DNA of 63,148 nucleotides, filler included, from Sluysia triapertura (lineage: Eukaryota): the NCBI GenBank assembly GCA_046118255.1. It is 5 parts of 5 records of this genome, joined end to end, with 100 filler letters (N's around TTAATTAATTAA, not from the genome) between each part and the next. Parts side by side here need not be neighbours in the genome. Positions count along the whole stretch, not along the records: positions 1 to 16,339 come from JBJNIA010206370.1; 4 more parts are not named here. One strand, given 5' to 3'. Below the pieces are notes generated by a model. That model saw only the letters and a list, made by a program, of their open reading frames with translations, did no database searches and was not told where the DNA came from. Below, piece after piece: positions 1 through 12,699 of this stretch. Within the stretch, counting starts at the first letter, position 1, and the number at the start of each line of letters is the position of its first letter. A program made the position numbers and the translations under genes.

Positions 1-639
1 CAAAGTCGTTTTAGTCGGTTTAATCTTTAAAAGAGATTTTGATGATTTGTGTAAGAGTAATTCCTGATTGCGAATGTTGAAATGGTTGGATGACGTAAAA
101 GTATAAATTAGAACACTTAGGCACTGGTAAAAAGGAGACAACATTCACAGCTGATCCATGATTTTGGTAACGTCTTATTTTAATTTCTTGTAAATAAATA
201 TTAATTTTAATTACGCATATTTTATTGACCTATTTAAAATAAATTTTATTTTATTAATTTAATAAGGGATATTTTGTTATGACAGTTTAGATTTTGTAAT
301 TACTGATCTAGTTAAGAAAATTTTTATTTTAAATAAATATTGTTAAGGAAAATTTTGTAATAGTGTCTTAAAGTTTATTATTAAGTTAAAACGAAGTATA
401 TTTTTGTGTGATTCACTCTCTCATATTTTGTAGTCAGTTTTGTTATTTTAGGAGATCTCCGATTCATTTTAATTCAAATAAGTAGGTTTGTATCATGTTA
501 AAGTGATATTTTTAGAGTTTATTCATGTATTATAATTAGATTAAGATTGATATTTATTATTATTATTATAGATTTTAATTTGTTTTTTGGTCATAAAAAC
601 AACAGATTATAATGATTACAACAACATAATTATTATATA

Positions 640-830
640 TTTTAATATGATAATGTTAATAATATTGTGATATTATTATAAGAATTACAATGTAATTTAT
701 AATAACTATAACTATAACTCATGATAATATTATACAATGACTATGTTTGTTTTTGAATGAGTCAAGTAGTTTATTTAGTGCTCTGTGTATGTAAGAAATG
801 TGCTTCTAATTTTGATGTGATTTCCATACG
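640..830 (+). repeat. Dispersed repeat family R2, copy 1 (other copies about 7055-7395 inverted and about 16770-17062)
   Basis: Shared core 'catgataat...atgactatgtttgtttttgaatgagt...tctgtgtatgt...gatttcc' aligns by eye with 16940-17062 and with the reverse complement of 7055-7190. Boundaries approximate. Confidence 0.65.
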
Positions 831-1009
831 GATATGTTTATTTTTAATAATATTAGATCATGTTTAAATTATTTTTTTAAAGATTCTTAAGCAATAATTT
901 AATGGCATCAAGTCGAAATTAAGTAAAACACCAAATAAAAATAAAAATAAAGCGTATTTTTGCAAATAAAATAAAAAATTGCAAGCCAACTATACCTTTA
1001 AGTATAAAA

Positions 1010-2135
1010 ATAAATTAATTAATTAAAATCTCAATTAACTTAATTAAGAAAAATATTCTAAATACTAAATGATATGTTAAATTTGAAGCTGTGTATGTAT
1101 TTGCTTTAAAAAAACCGTTTGATGAAGGTATGATTAGTCTGAAATCACTCAAGAAAAGCCTTAAATTGAGCAAACTCATGTTTTAATTAATTTTTACTTA
1201 TGGCATGTTGAATTTTTTAAACTTAGAATGATGAAATATAATGAATTAAATATGAGATGATTGCTATGAAAGTGAAGAATCTAGAGGTTTGTAATGTGGT
1301 TAGTTTGAGAACAAGAACATTAAACAATTTTCAATAGAAAATTAGGTGTAAATACTGTATATCAATTGAATTTTATAAACAAAAATTAAATTCATCATTT
1401 TTATGTATGTTAATAATACTGGTGATTGTTACTTTAATGTTAGACTTCATAAAATGGAATGACCGGGAATCGAAACCGGCTTCTCGCTTCACTACTTCAG
1501 TATAATGCTCTGACCAAAGAGCTATCAGCCCCATCTAACAATTTTATTTCATTATAGTCAATTATACTATTATTATTCAACAGAACTTTAGGCCTGTAAC
1601 CCAACATTAATACGAAAAGTAATTTAAATAAAACTAAATCGATTAGAGTCGAAGAAAATAATATGGTCATAAATCAATTTTTTGTGTTCTGCATCTGTTA
1701 AAGTTTGACAGACCTTACCATGTAACTGTCATCGTTATTATTTTCGGTTTAATTCTTAAAAAATGTTGTACTCATTTGTGCGAGAGAATGTTTTATTGTA
1801 AACTTCAAGAGTGAAGAAGTATAAAAAGGAATACTTACGAAACAATCAGCAATGAGAAGATCCAGATTTGACAAAATTCATGAAGATTCATTAATTACGT
1901 AACAATTTTGTTTATTTTTATTTATTGTTACTTTATTAGACCTTAATTTTCTTGGGTCTAATTATTTTAATTATTATTTTTAATTATTTCTGAGGAATTC
2001 CCCTTATTTAATAAAAATTATTTTTAGGGGAATTCCCATTTTTGTTTACGAAAAATTATTTTTTGGAATTCTCTTAATTATAGATATACGAACAATCCTG
2101 GAAAATAAGAATTGAATTTTTTGTGTTGCGTCACC
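1010..2135 (+). repeat. Dispersed repeat family R1, copy 1, interrupted by a solo LTR at 1438-1606
   Basis: Long collinear similarity (e.g. 'aagccttaa..ttgagcaaa', 'tatgagatgattgctat', 'aagtttgacagacctt.ccatgt') to 43930-44615 and to the reverse complement of 56325-56890. Class unknown. Confidence 0.8.
1438..1606 (-). mobile_element. Solo LTR of the tRNA-containing miniature LTR element
   Basis: Ends TGTTAGAC...CCCAACA like 43357-43514. Contains tRNA A-box- and B-box-like sequence on the minus strand. Flanked by TTAA on both sides (1434-1437, 1607-1610). Absent from the other two R1 copies. Confidence 0.75.
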
Positions 2136-4939
2136 CTTGCTTGTTGTATTTGTATTTGATTTTGTAATTATTAAATTATTGAGTTATTTTTATTAATTTA
2201 AATTGATTTTAATAAATATCATTGTTATTAAATTTATTACTACTGTAATTAATAAATTTATTGAGATTATCCAAACTAAATTGATTTATCACTTCTTTTT
2301 GTCACTAATTTTCTTAAAGACTCAACAATTATAAAGTGAAAGGAACCTTGATTTAAATTATGTTTGAAAAACTCCTTGTGGTCATTCTAACTTAATAGGT
2401 AATTTAACATCAAATTCATCTAAGAAAATTCATATAGTAAAGTATCAAAAATTAGTTAATTATGGGGTTGTCGGAAAAAAGTGAAGGTAAAGGAATCAAT
2501 ATTTTATAAAGTTTTACAAAAAATTATGATTATATTAATTAATTAATTTAATTAGAATTGTTTGAAAATAATTTTTAATAAATAAATTTAACACATAAAG
2601 AAGCACATTTATGAAATGTGTCAATATTATTAACACCAAGACAGTGTCCAACACGTCAACGTAAAAAAGTAAAATCAGCAGTTTTAATTATTTTTCATTA
2701 ATATAAAGTTAAATTTATATGTATTATAATGAGCATACATAATAAAAGTATATGTCAAATTAATGCTCATAAAGAGTTCATTCTAAATTGACGTGTGACA
2801 TGTTAATATATTGTACCAAAAGTTATTATTGAAAATAAGTTTTACATTTTATTAGATTTATATTCAATTTACTTTAATTTATTATTGTATCAATATGTAT
2901 TATTATAACTATGATGTGAAATTTTAATTTTATTATTTTCAAATAGATAAGAATTTGTTTGCCACAAAACTCATTATCTTTAGATAATTTCTAGATAATA
3001 TTAAGTCGGAAATTCGGCGGAAATTAATGTTAAAATTTGATTAATAAAAATGATAGGCATAAAACCGATTCTAAAAAATAAGCATGTATTGTAGACATTC
3101 ACAATAATTAAGTCAAATTTCCGACGTCCTAGCAATTATCTGTCACAAAGAAAATTATTATAATACTTAGTATGAAGGTTGATTCAATACAGTAGTGGCA
3201 GATACTGATAGAATCTTAAAACTTATCTGACAATTATGAAATTACGTTAAAACGGGTCCGCCTATAATCTAAGTTTTATATCTCACGGAAGACTTAGTTA
3301 TAGGATTACAATATGTCAAGACTGCGAAAGATTCCTTAACAATGGAGGGTCTTTATATGTATGATTTTTATTATTATACTTCTTACACTTCTCTATCACA
3401 AATTAAACTTTAACTAACAAACCAAAAACAAGAAAATATAATACTCAACGTATTCTATGAAAATTTATTATTAAATATAAATATTCGATAAATTTACAAG
3501 GAAATTTAATGATAAATAATAAATAATTTATGAAATTTTAGGATTTCTCCTAAATAAGTTATAAAATATGATTTTGATTTGATTTTGACCCAGGTGAATA
3601 CTTGGGTATTAAATTAATTTGATTTTATGTGGATTTTACAGTATATTTCTGTACGTACTTATAATAAATAGCTTACGATTATAAATCAGAGTTCTGTTCC
3701 AAATAATTATTCTCAAGTAACGATCTGCAAACTAATTTAATCGAAATTACCACGAATAGTTGAACCACAAAAATCGTTAATTTAAATCAATCTTTCCACA
3801 AGAATCAAATAATCAAACCAATAGAATATAACTGATTGAGGCACAAAAGTTCCAACAGAGTTATATACGTGACCAAATAATTCCAATTGATTTACAAGAA
3901 TCAAAGCTTTAAAGAATTATTATTGTGTTATTGTGAAAGATTGCTAGAATCATAAGCTATTTATATTCTATTTTCTTTTGTTACGTGTTAAAAGATAAAT
4001 AAACTTTTAAAATATAGATAAGAATTATTTTGGATTTTTAAAATGTAGATAAAAATTTATTTAATAGAAAGTAATTTTTTTGATTACCAATATTATTAAT
4101 TGTTTAAAGGTTATAGTACAGATTACAAGATTATTTTGGTTAAATAAATGTAGTACAATAATTACAAGATTATTTTAGTTAGATTATTTTTGTACTTTTT
4201 AATTAATTAATTAATTCTTTTTAAATATTTTTTTTCTAAATTACAAATTTACAAATTACAAATTTACAAATTACAAATTTACAAAATCTTTTCTAATTTT
4301 ACTATTTAATATCTACAAATCTTTCAATTAATTAGAAATCGGACTAATTTAACTTAATAATTATTTGATTTTTCTTGTGATATATTGTGATATAGTTATA
4401 ACATATTGAAATTGAGTATCATTTAATTGCCTTTTATAACCTCAATAATATTAAAAAGATGAAAGCATAACAATAATAACAAAATCCACAAAATCTGTAC
4501 TACATAAAAGAGACTAATTTATATAAGAAGTTATTGATATGAATAAAATGATAATATTTACTGTGTTTCACCAAAAGTAAGACCTAGCGTGATGTCAGGA
4601 TGAATTTAATTTACGACCTACTTCTAAAATAAGCTCTGGTTGAAAGCCGATTAGGCTACCTAATAAAAATCAATGAAGCATCATCTTCCTCTAGACTAGA
4701 TTCTTGCCTTCTTTGTTCTTTCTTTCTATTTCTTTTGGGTTCTTCTTCGTAATATTCATCTTTATATTGATGTTGATCTTCGTATTCGTTGTAGTTTCTG
4801 TGATTTCTATCGTTACAATTTATTTGTCCTTTCTCATTTTTATTATTATCATTAAACCTTATTTTCCTATTAGGGCTTTGATATTTTTATTGTTGAGGGC
4901 CCATTACCTTAGAGAAATCTTGACTAAAAGTATTTTGTT

Positions 4940-5310
4940 TTAACTTGTAGAGTGCCCATGTTTATTATAATTATCACATCGTATTTCCCCATCGATATTG
5001 GTTTGTTCCTTGTCATTATATATATATATCTATTTGGACTTTTACTTCGACCTCTATAATTATTTATATTTGTATTTGGTGGTCATATTGGTGATGGTCT
5101 CTGTTCGTAATTTGGCACACCATTTCGATTTCCTCTGTTATTCTGAAATCTTCTTGGCTGAAAACTATTTCCTCTAAAATTCTTAAAATTAAAATTCTTA
5201 TAATTAAAAATACCTCTGCACGGATTATTATATCTATAGTTACTAATATTTCTATAATAATTATTACTTCTATTCATTATCACTATTGTATTCATTATAA
5301 CTGGTGATAA
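4940..5310 (-). pseudogene. Degenerate Gypsy-type gag C-terminal part (Asn/Arg-rich linker and decayed CCHC knuckle)
   Basis: Minus strand gives N/R-rich sequence, then DGEIRCDNYNKHGHSTS*, resembling CxxCxxxGHxxxxC. Confidence 0.5.
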
Positions 5311-6444
5311 GGAGAGCAGAACAGAGCAGAGCGTAAGCAAATTTCAATTACTCATTAACTTGACAGTTACACATCATATTAAATTTGATTGATTTTTGAT
5401 TTATTTTAGTGATTTTATTTATTTTATGATTTACATTTCTTTGAAATTATTTTTGTAAATATTATTATTATTATATAAATATAAATTTATTTAACATAAA
5501 ATATGTAAATTAGTAAAAATATAAATCGATTAGTAAAAATATAAAATAAATTGAAATATAAATTTGTCGATTAGCAAAAATGTAAACTGATCAAAAATAT
5601 AAAATATATTGATGATAAAATAAAATAAATTGAAATATAAATTTGTTTAAATTGGTTATTGTTTTAATTGTCTAATCAAAAAAAATAAACAAAATGGTGG
5701 AAATAAATTCATATAAGTGAGTCAATTTCTGATAAATTTGACAATTAGAATTAAGAAAATAGAAATTAAGCAAGTCTTTGGAAAGATAAACAAGAGAAAA
5801 GGAACTATTCGAAATTGACAATCGCGAATAAACTTCAATTAACCGATTTCCATGAAAAGTAATTCAGTTATTTATAAGTCCTAATTTTAATAAAATAGGA
5901 CCTAAAATTCTACTTAAAATACTTATTTTATTGTCAGACCGTAAAAAGGCTGACTTAAAATCAGACAAATTTATTTTAAAAAATCTAAGAAGAATTTCTT
6001 AAGATTTAAACTCATTATCGTTAATATATTTATCTTTTTGTTTACTGTCAAATTTTTGGATTGAAACTATTGTAAAGTTTATTTTGTTTTGAAATCAATG
6101 TTCGAGAGTTGCATTGAATCGTGTTATATAAAATCCGTGATACATTTTTAATCAGACCGTAAAAAGGCTCTCTTAATATATAAAATCAAATTGATTATTG
6201 ACAGACCGTAAAAAGGCTGTCTTAACTCATAGATAAAAGAAAAATTAAAATTACTTTATTAAATACTGGTACCAGTTGATTTTTGTTGAAACTATCTTTT
6301 ACAGTTAATTTCATTACGCTATGTCTGATTAGACCGTCGTCAGATACTGACATAAACCGTCTCTAATTAGCCGTACTCTCTACAGACCTTGACTATTTTG
6401 TTAAGTAGGTTCTTTTTAAGACAGAACTCTTGCATAACTTAAAG

Positions 6445-7054
6445 AATCATTCCTATTCGAAAAATGATTATTATTATAATTATCATTTCGATTATTAGAA
6501 TTAATAAATGCATCTCTATTAATATTATTTCTTGTAAGTTTTGGGCTTTTGCTTTAACCATCACTAACATAATTAATATTATCTTTATCTTTATATGAAG
6601 ATTTTTCTATACTTCGTAATTTTTTAACTAATTCTTTGAAAGGTTCTTCTTCAATTAAAGTAACTTAAGTTCTCAATTCAGGATATAGTCTACTTTTTAA
6701 TTTATCTTTTAATTACTTTTTTTCTTCAACAATCTTTGCTCTAATTACTAGGTTTTGTAATGCGTATACGAATTCGTGAGCAGTTTCATTAGCTTTTTGC
6801 TTTCTTAAATTTAATATTTTATTATATTTTCCCATGTTATTGAGGGCAGTCTCCTCGGTAAATTCATTAACAAAAGAATTCCATGTTGCTTTATCTTATT
6901 CATTTATGTCTTTATAAATCTGAATTGCCACACCAGTAAGGTAATTTTGTATTCGCTTAACTTTTCCTAATTCGTTCCATCCAATAGCTTCGGCGATACT
7001 ATCGTATTCACATAAGAAGTTGAAGAGTTCTTCCTCTGCTCCGCTAAATTTGCG
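6445..7054 (-). mobile_element. Degenerate Ty3/Gypsy gag (capsid region)
   Basis: Minus-strand translation KFSGAEEELFNFLCEYDSIAEAIGWNELGKVKRIQNYLTGVAIQIYKDINE*DKATWNSFVNEF...LRKQKANETAHEFVYALQNL shows the typical retrotransposon gag pattern (FSG, GW, LxGxA, TW, Q..ET..EF). It carries stops and a frameshift. Confidence 0.8.
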
Positions 7055-7395
7055 TGTAGGGAATTCATCACATAAAATCTATCACATTTCATCGCATAAA
7101 AACACTCCACATATATACAAACTATTAAATAAACTACTAAACTCATTTAAAAATAAACACGACCATCACATCTAACTATCATGAACTATCGTTATTGTTA
7201 TTACGATTCATATCATATTAAAATATGCGTAACAATTATAATTATTATTGTTGTATAATATAAACACCAAATAATAACTTTTATAATAATTTTCATAATA
7301 AATTTCAACAATTCTGTATTAATGAACATGATAACCACACAATCGTTATCATTATTATTATTTCTTTTATCCTTGTTATCAATCTATCTCTTCGT
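7055..7395 (-). repeat. Repeat family R2, copy 2 (inverted)
   Basis: Reverse complement matches 16770-17062 ('gattgataacaaggat.aaaga' through 'ttccctacac'). Confidence 0.75.
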
Positions 7396-7532
7396 CTTCA
7401 ACCTGCTCATCGCCTGATCATGGACACAAAGATATTCCATTATTACCACCAAATTTAGTCTTAGGAGTGAGTGAAATTAAACATTTTACATTAAATCTCC
7501 AAAAATAACACATATAATTCAAATTTGTCGAC

Positions 7533-8696
7533 ATGTCTATTATGACAGATGATGTCAAGTATCAAATTCCAGCAACAATTTTACTACTTTGTCTTTTTAG
7601 TGTTATTGGAATATTTGGTAATGCATTAGTACTTATTATATATTGTCAGAAACGAGATCGTTCTACTGCTAATCAATTTATAAAATATTTGGCTATCTCA
7701 GACACTATTGTTTGTACTTTAATCATTCCCTATACTGTTTACATTGAATACAAAGACTGGAAAATATCATTGGATTTAATACGTAAATATTATTATTTCA
7801 TAAACAACAGCGGTATTCCTTTCGGTTCATTATTGATGACTTTAATTGCTATAGATCGCTATTTATGTATTTGCCATCCATTTTTGTCATTAATGACTGT
7901 CAAGCGATCACATATTTGTGTTGGATTAGTGCTTACTCTATCATTAATACTTGGTAGTTTGTCTGTATTTCAAGTAAAAGTTTTTCCATTGAAAAATATA
8001 TCTGATATTAATAATTCCATATTAAATATTGATGATTATAATGAAACTCAATGTATTGATGCTTCTAGATTTATAAATGCTACTTATTATGAACAGTTAT
8101 TTTTTAAAATTGTTCAACGTAGTCAATTAGTTAGCTATGCTACTTGCATTGTTGCATTTTTATTACTTTATTCTTTGATATATATTGCTATTATTAAAGC
8201 TTCAAGAAAAAAAGCAAAATTAAAAGGTATGGCACATCGAAATTCGATAAATTTAATTTCTGATTATTTATGTAGAGATTGTAATTGCTGGACCAAGCCA
8301 TTCAATTCTGGAACAAATAAATACGAAGAAACGCCAATGACGAATAATGAATTTGAAGAAATAAAAAATCATGTGCCTTGCCAGAAAGTAGAACCAAAAA
8401 ATGATAATCAAACAGCAACAAATACGAGTGAGATTGCCATTAAACGAAAATTCAAAGAAACTATATTATTTCAAAACTTTAAAACTGCATTAATGCTATT
8501 AGTAGTCACAATAAGTTATATAATAACATTCTTGCCTGCCATGTTAATGGCAAATCAAGTGATTGACTTATATTTACCAGTATTTTATATGTACTACATC
8601 AATAATGCTGCAAATCCAATTATTTATGGGTTTATGAATAAAAACTTTCGTGATGATGTTAGAGATTTCTTCAAAAATGTATGTATTAGACATTAA
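7533..8696 (+). CDS. Intronless rhodopsin-like (class A) GPCR, neuropeptide-receptor type
   Basis: 387-aa ORF with 7 hydrophobic segments. Motifs: GN in TM1, LAxxD in TM2, DRY, NPIIY in TM7 and helix-8 NKNFR. Confidence 0.95.
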   Translation: MSIMTDDVKYQIPATILLLCLFSVIGIFGNALVLIIYCQKRDRSTANQFIKYLAISDTIVCTLIIPYTVYIEYKDWKISLDLIRKYYYFINNSGIPFGSLLMTLIAIDRYLCICHPFLSLMTVKRSHICVGLVLTLSLILGSLSVFQVKVFPLKNISDINNSILNIDDYNETQCIDASRFINATYYEQLFFKIVQRSQLVSYATCIVAFLLLYSLIYIAIIKASRKKAKLKGMAHRNSINLISDYLCRDCNCWTKPFNSGTNKYEETPMTNNEFEEIKNHVPCQKVEPKNDNQTATNTSEIAIKRKFKETILFQNFKTALMLLVVTISYIITFLPAMLMANQVIDLYLPVFYMYYINNAANPIIYGFMNKNFRDDVRDFFKNVCIRH

Positions 8697-9457
8697 AATT
8701 AGAACCCAATACTCCTTATAAATATTATTAAATACTGATAAAGTGATAAAAAGATTTTATTTAATTGGCAATACAAATAAAGATATTTTCCAATTTATAA
8801 ATAAGCAATTTTTATTATTTTTTAATTAATATAACTTTTATCACTGTTATTGCTATAATAATTCCTATTGTTTAATTATTTATTTATTAATTATTATTAT
8901 TAATATTATTATTATAATTATTATTACAAATCAATGTCTACTTTAATTAAATAAAATTAATTTATTAATTAATAAACATTTTGTCTACAATTTTGACATT
9001 AAATTTTGTCACAGCAAAAATAAATATTTCTTTTATGTTGTACGGTTACTATTCTTTACATTTTTAATTTAAATTGTTTTTCAAAACAATATTAATTTAT
9101 AATTATTATCAATGTTATTTTGTTTATTTTAATAAATTGGAACTCGACATTAAAATGATTCTTTTTATTATGTATTCTATTATTATTTAAAAATTTAACT
9201 ATAATTTTAAACCGTAATTTAATTTTAATTCTAAACATGTTTTATTTTATAAATTTAATAATAATTTAAATACTGTAACTAAGAATCATACAGTATCAAA
9301 AAATTAATTTTATAGGTTGATTATCTTTAAATTAGTCAAAAATTTATTTTAAAAGTTTTCAACATGGTTATAAAACATATTTAATATATTTGATATATTT
9401 GATATATTTCCATTTAATCAAGCAATTTTAAATGCAGTTTTATTAACACTGTTTTAA

Positions 9458-11141
9458 CTCTTTAACTGCGGTTGTCATCAAAAGATGGCAGATCGAAACT
9501 TTTCTGAGGTACATCTATCGTCAATAAGCGATCTGATGAATTGTTCTGGGAACGATTGTCGCTTATCTTTGTTTTGAATATATTATTTCATTTATAGGGG
9601 TAGAACATGGAAACTCAAGTAATATATTATATAATTGATCCAAATACAAAGAATAAATTTGTTAGAAAGTGTAGAATAAAATTAAGAACTTATTGTAAGT
9701 TCCCCAACTTACTCGGCTTACTAGTTAGGGCCAGCCGTTGGATTTTAAAAGAAAGTCTCAAAAAGTGATGTACACTAAAAGACTCTTAGCTGTCTGGAAG
9801 CAAATGTGTTTTAAAAACTTTTAGTCGTCTGGAGGTAGATAAATTTTAAGAGAATTAATAATAATAATAATAATCGAATTTATAAGCATATTTTTCATTG
9901 ATTCCTTTATACGGAAGCATAAAAGCATAAAAAGCATAAAAGACAACGGATTTTATAGTTGAAGCTATATAATTTATAATAATGAAAATCCAAATGAGTT
10001 AATATAATTTATTCTTGAAAATGTTTTATAGCAATACAATAATAATATAAACGTCCATTTTACGTAAATTAACTGTGTAAATTAATTTCCTATCAACAAA
10101 TTTTAAAAATAATATTTAATACAATATTTAATATAATATAGATCTATGAAAAGTTCCAACAGTTAAATAAAAGAATTTAAGTAAGATTTTTCGTATGATA
10201 CTATACAGTATCTAACTTAGAAATAATTAAACTAAGGTGGTTTATAACAAAAAGTTTTTAATCGTATAATAGTCTTCAAGTCGTATCGATTTGCCAAAAT
10301 CTACTGAAATCTAGATTGAGTCTCTCAAAGAGTTGTAATTGAAAATTATATTTTTAAAAAGCATGACCAAGTTCTGAAATTTGCTAGTTTAAGTAGTATC
10401 AATTCGGCCTTGACCGAATTGAAACAAAATTAAAAATCTTATAATTAACTAAGATTGAAAAATTTTAAACCAAAATTAATATTTTAATATTCAAAAATTA
10501 AAAATTTTAATTTTAAAATAAAAATTACACAATCCAAAATTACTTTATTAAAAGTAAAAATTCCAAATTTAATAATTAATTCGATAATAAAAATTCAATA
10601 ATTATAATATAAAAATCAATAATAGTTCGTTTCAATAATGATGTGTTATATAATTATATTTGCAAATATTGTATTTCAATGATAATGAATGATGATGTTG
10701 TGTATTTACGTATTTACAAATTATAATTCTAAAGAATTATTTCCATTTTATATCTAAAATAAGTATTGAGAAAATTTCAAATTTTAAGAAGTTCAACTTA
10801 TGGAAGGGAGACTATTTTATTTTTGAGGCAAAAATATGACTTATAGAAATATACATCTGCATAAGTCGAATTTCTTTTCCGTACAAAAAATAATCAAGTT
10901 GGAGAAAATAATATACTTTAGGAGTTTTTTGTGGAAGTTTTACTGTACATTTTCTACTAGGAGGTTAAAGTGAAATATTTGAAATTTTATTTTAAACCAA
11001 AAATAGATATAGGGACAGGTTGAATTTCCAAGATCAAGTTACATAATGATAATGTATTTCGTTCTAAATGCAAGAAAAATGTGTTTTTAAACTTTATTCT
11101 TGCGTATGAGTGGCTTGCCTATTATACTCGTAGTTAAACGG
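9458..11141. mobile_element. Putative non-autonomous piggyBac-like element
   Basis: TTAA|CTCTTTAACTGCG ... CGTAGTTAAACGG|TTAA: imperfect 13-bp TIRs (10/13) with TTAA on both sides. No transposase recognised. Confidence 0.4.
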
Positions 11142-11239
11142 TTAAAAACTTTAAATCCAAAAGAAATATACTTTTATATATTTTTAATGACAATTTTTGA
11201 TTTTATGCTTGTTTAGATTGCACGTAAATTTCAGTAATA

Positions 11240-12195
11240 TAGTGGTATCTCTACTTACGAAAGGCTCTACAAACGAAATCATCAGATCATGAAACGCCTC
11301 CTAGGAAAATATTACCTCTGGTTGCAAAAGAAATTTCAGGATAGAAAAGATGAAAACTTGAAAATACTTAATAAATACCATGACCACAATCAATAATAGC
11401 AATTTTGATGTTTTGACTTAGAATATCTTCAAAGTTTCTCAAACATATAACACGAATTTGTAAAATAAATAAATTACTTTTACCTTAATAAAAATATTTG
11501 ATGCTTAGTTTAATGAAATCTTGAAATAATGTACAAAATGACGCGGACATCGATGAGTTGATTCAGGAGCACCACGAGGAGCTTTCGATAAAGGAGCTGA
11601 TGGAGTTGAAGGCGATACAACGCATAACAGTGAAGGATGAGTTCAGTGAGGACGAGGAGGCAGCCATTATTTTGTCCATCCGAATAAAAGACATTTTAGG
11701 AAAATTCATAAACTTTGGAATTTGTTGAAAAGAATCACCCAGAGAAACTGTTCACTAATGGGACTTTTGCTCACTATGATGATGCTTACCTTGAGCATTT
11801 TCGAAAGATTGTTAAAATCAGACGTCCTTGTATCACTTCTTTACAAAACCTCAGGCAAAAACCACTGTTGATAGTGGACCTGAGTCGAATAAAGTGAAAA
11901 GTAATGATAATAACTCTTAAAACAAGAGTTTAATTATTTTTGATAGAATAAAATTTTAATTCATAATACTTTGCTCTTTGTTTACATTAAATATCACTCA
12001 TTTTTATGCTTATTGTGCAGTAATCTAATTCTAACATGTATTTATTACAGATTTTATTGCTTTTTTGTAATTTATAAAAGAATTATGTTTGAATTTTTGG
12101 GGCTTGGAATCGATTAAAGCATTTACAAGGGAAAAGAGGCTCTACTTACAAAATGACTTTCAGACGAATTAATTTCGTAGTTAGAGGCACCACTG
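11240..12195 (+). mobile_element. Tigger/pogo-like deletion derivative
   Basis: TIRs TAGTGGTATCTCTACTTACGAA / TTCGTAGTTAGAGGCACCACTG with TA on both sides. Internal remnant DADIDELIQEHHEELSIKELMEL...FVEKNHPEK...LEHFRKIVK resembles the Tigger transposase C-terminus. Confidence 0.85.
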
Positions 12196-12699
12196 TATTA
12201 AAAATCTAGAAATAACTAACCTTACAACATTAATAAAAAATTGTGATTTATTCATAATATTTTGAAAATTATTTATATTAAATTCTAAAATATAATCTTA
12301 GAAACATGCTAATGATCTTAAAATAAAATTATAAATAAATTAAAACAAAAACTAAAGTAACAGAATAACTTGATAATTTTAAAAGAAAATTCTAAAAATA
12401 ACCCAAAGTCAAAAATAAAAGACGTAATTCAAAAAACATGGATTATAACTTGTTATACTTTATTAAAAAGTCAACAAATTAGACACTAGCGCCAGAAATA
12501 CAAAAAAATATATATGAAAAAGCAATAATTGTGTTTGGTTTGGGGTGAAAATGGGTTCTTGACACCATTTATTAAGATTAAAAAAATGTTTCAAAACTTT
12601 TATATTAGGTTTCTTTATCTGTATTATATTCGAAATGTTATAAAAATTAACAGAAACAAGACATAAAAATTTATTCCTATGAACACTCAAACTAAATTT

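Noticed and set aside
1100-1330. Penelope-like identity or hammerhead ribozyme in repeat R1
   Set aside because: Only vague peptide resemblance, and no CTGANGA/GAAA core is conserved across the three copies.
1994-2037. kappaB-like site GGGAATTCCC and inverted repeat
   Set aside because: It lies inside repeat R1, far from genes, and arises from a local duplication. No evidence of function.
4704-4943. Hydrophobic 79-aa ORF on the plus strand
   Set aside because: Antisense shadow of the purine-rich gag remnant.
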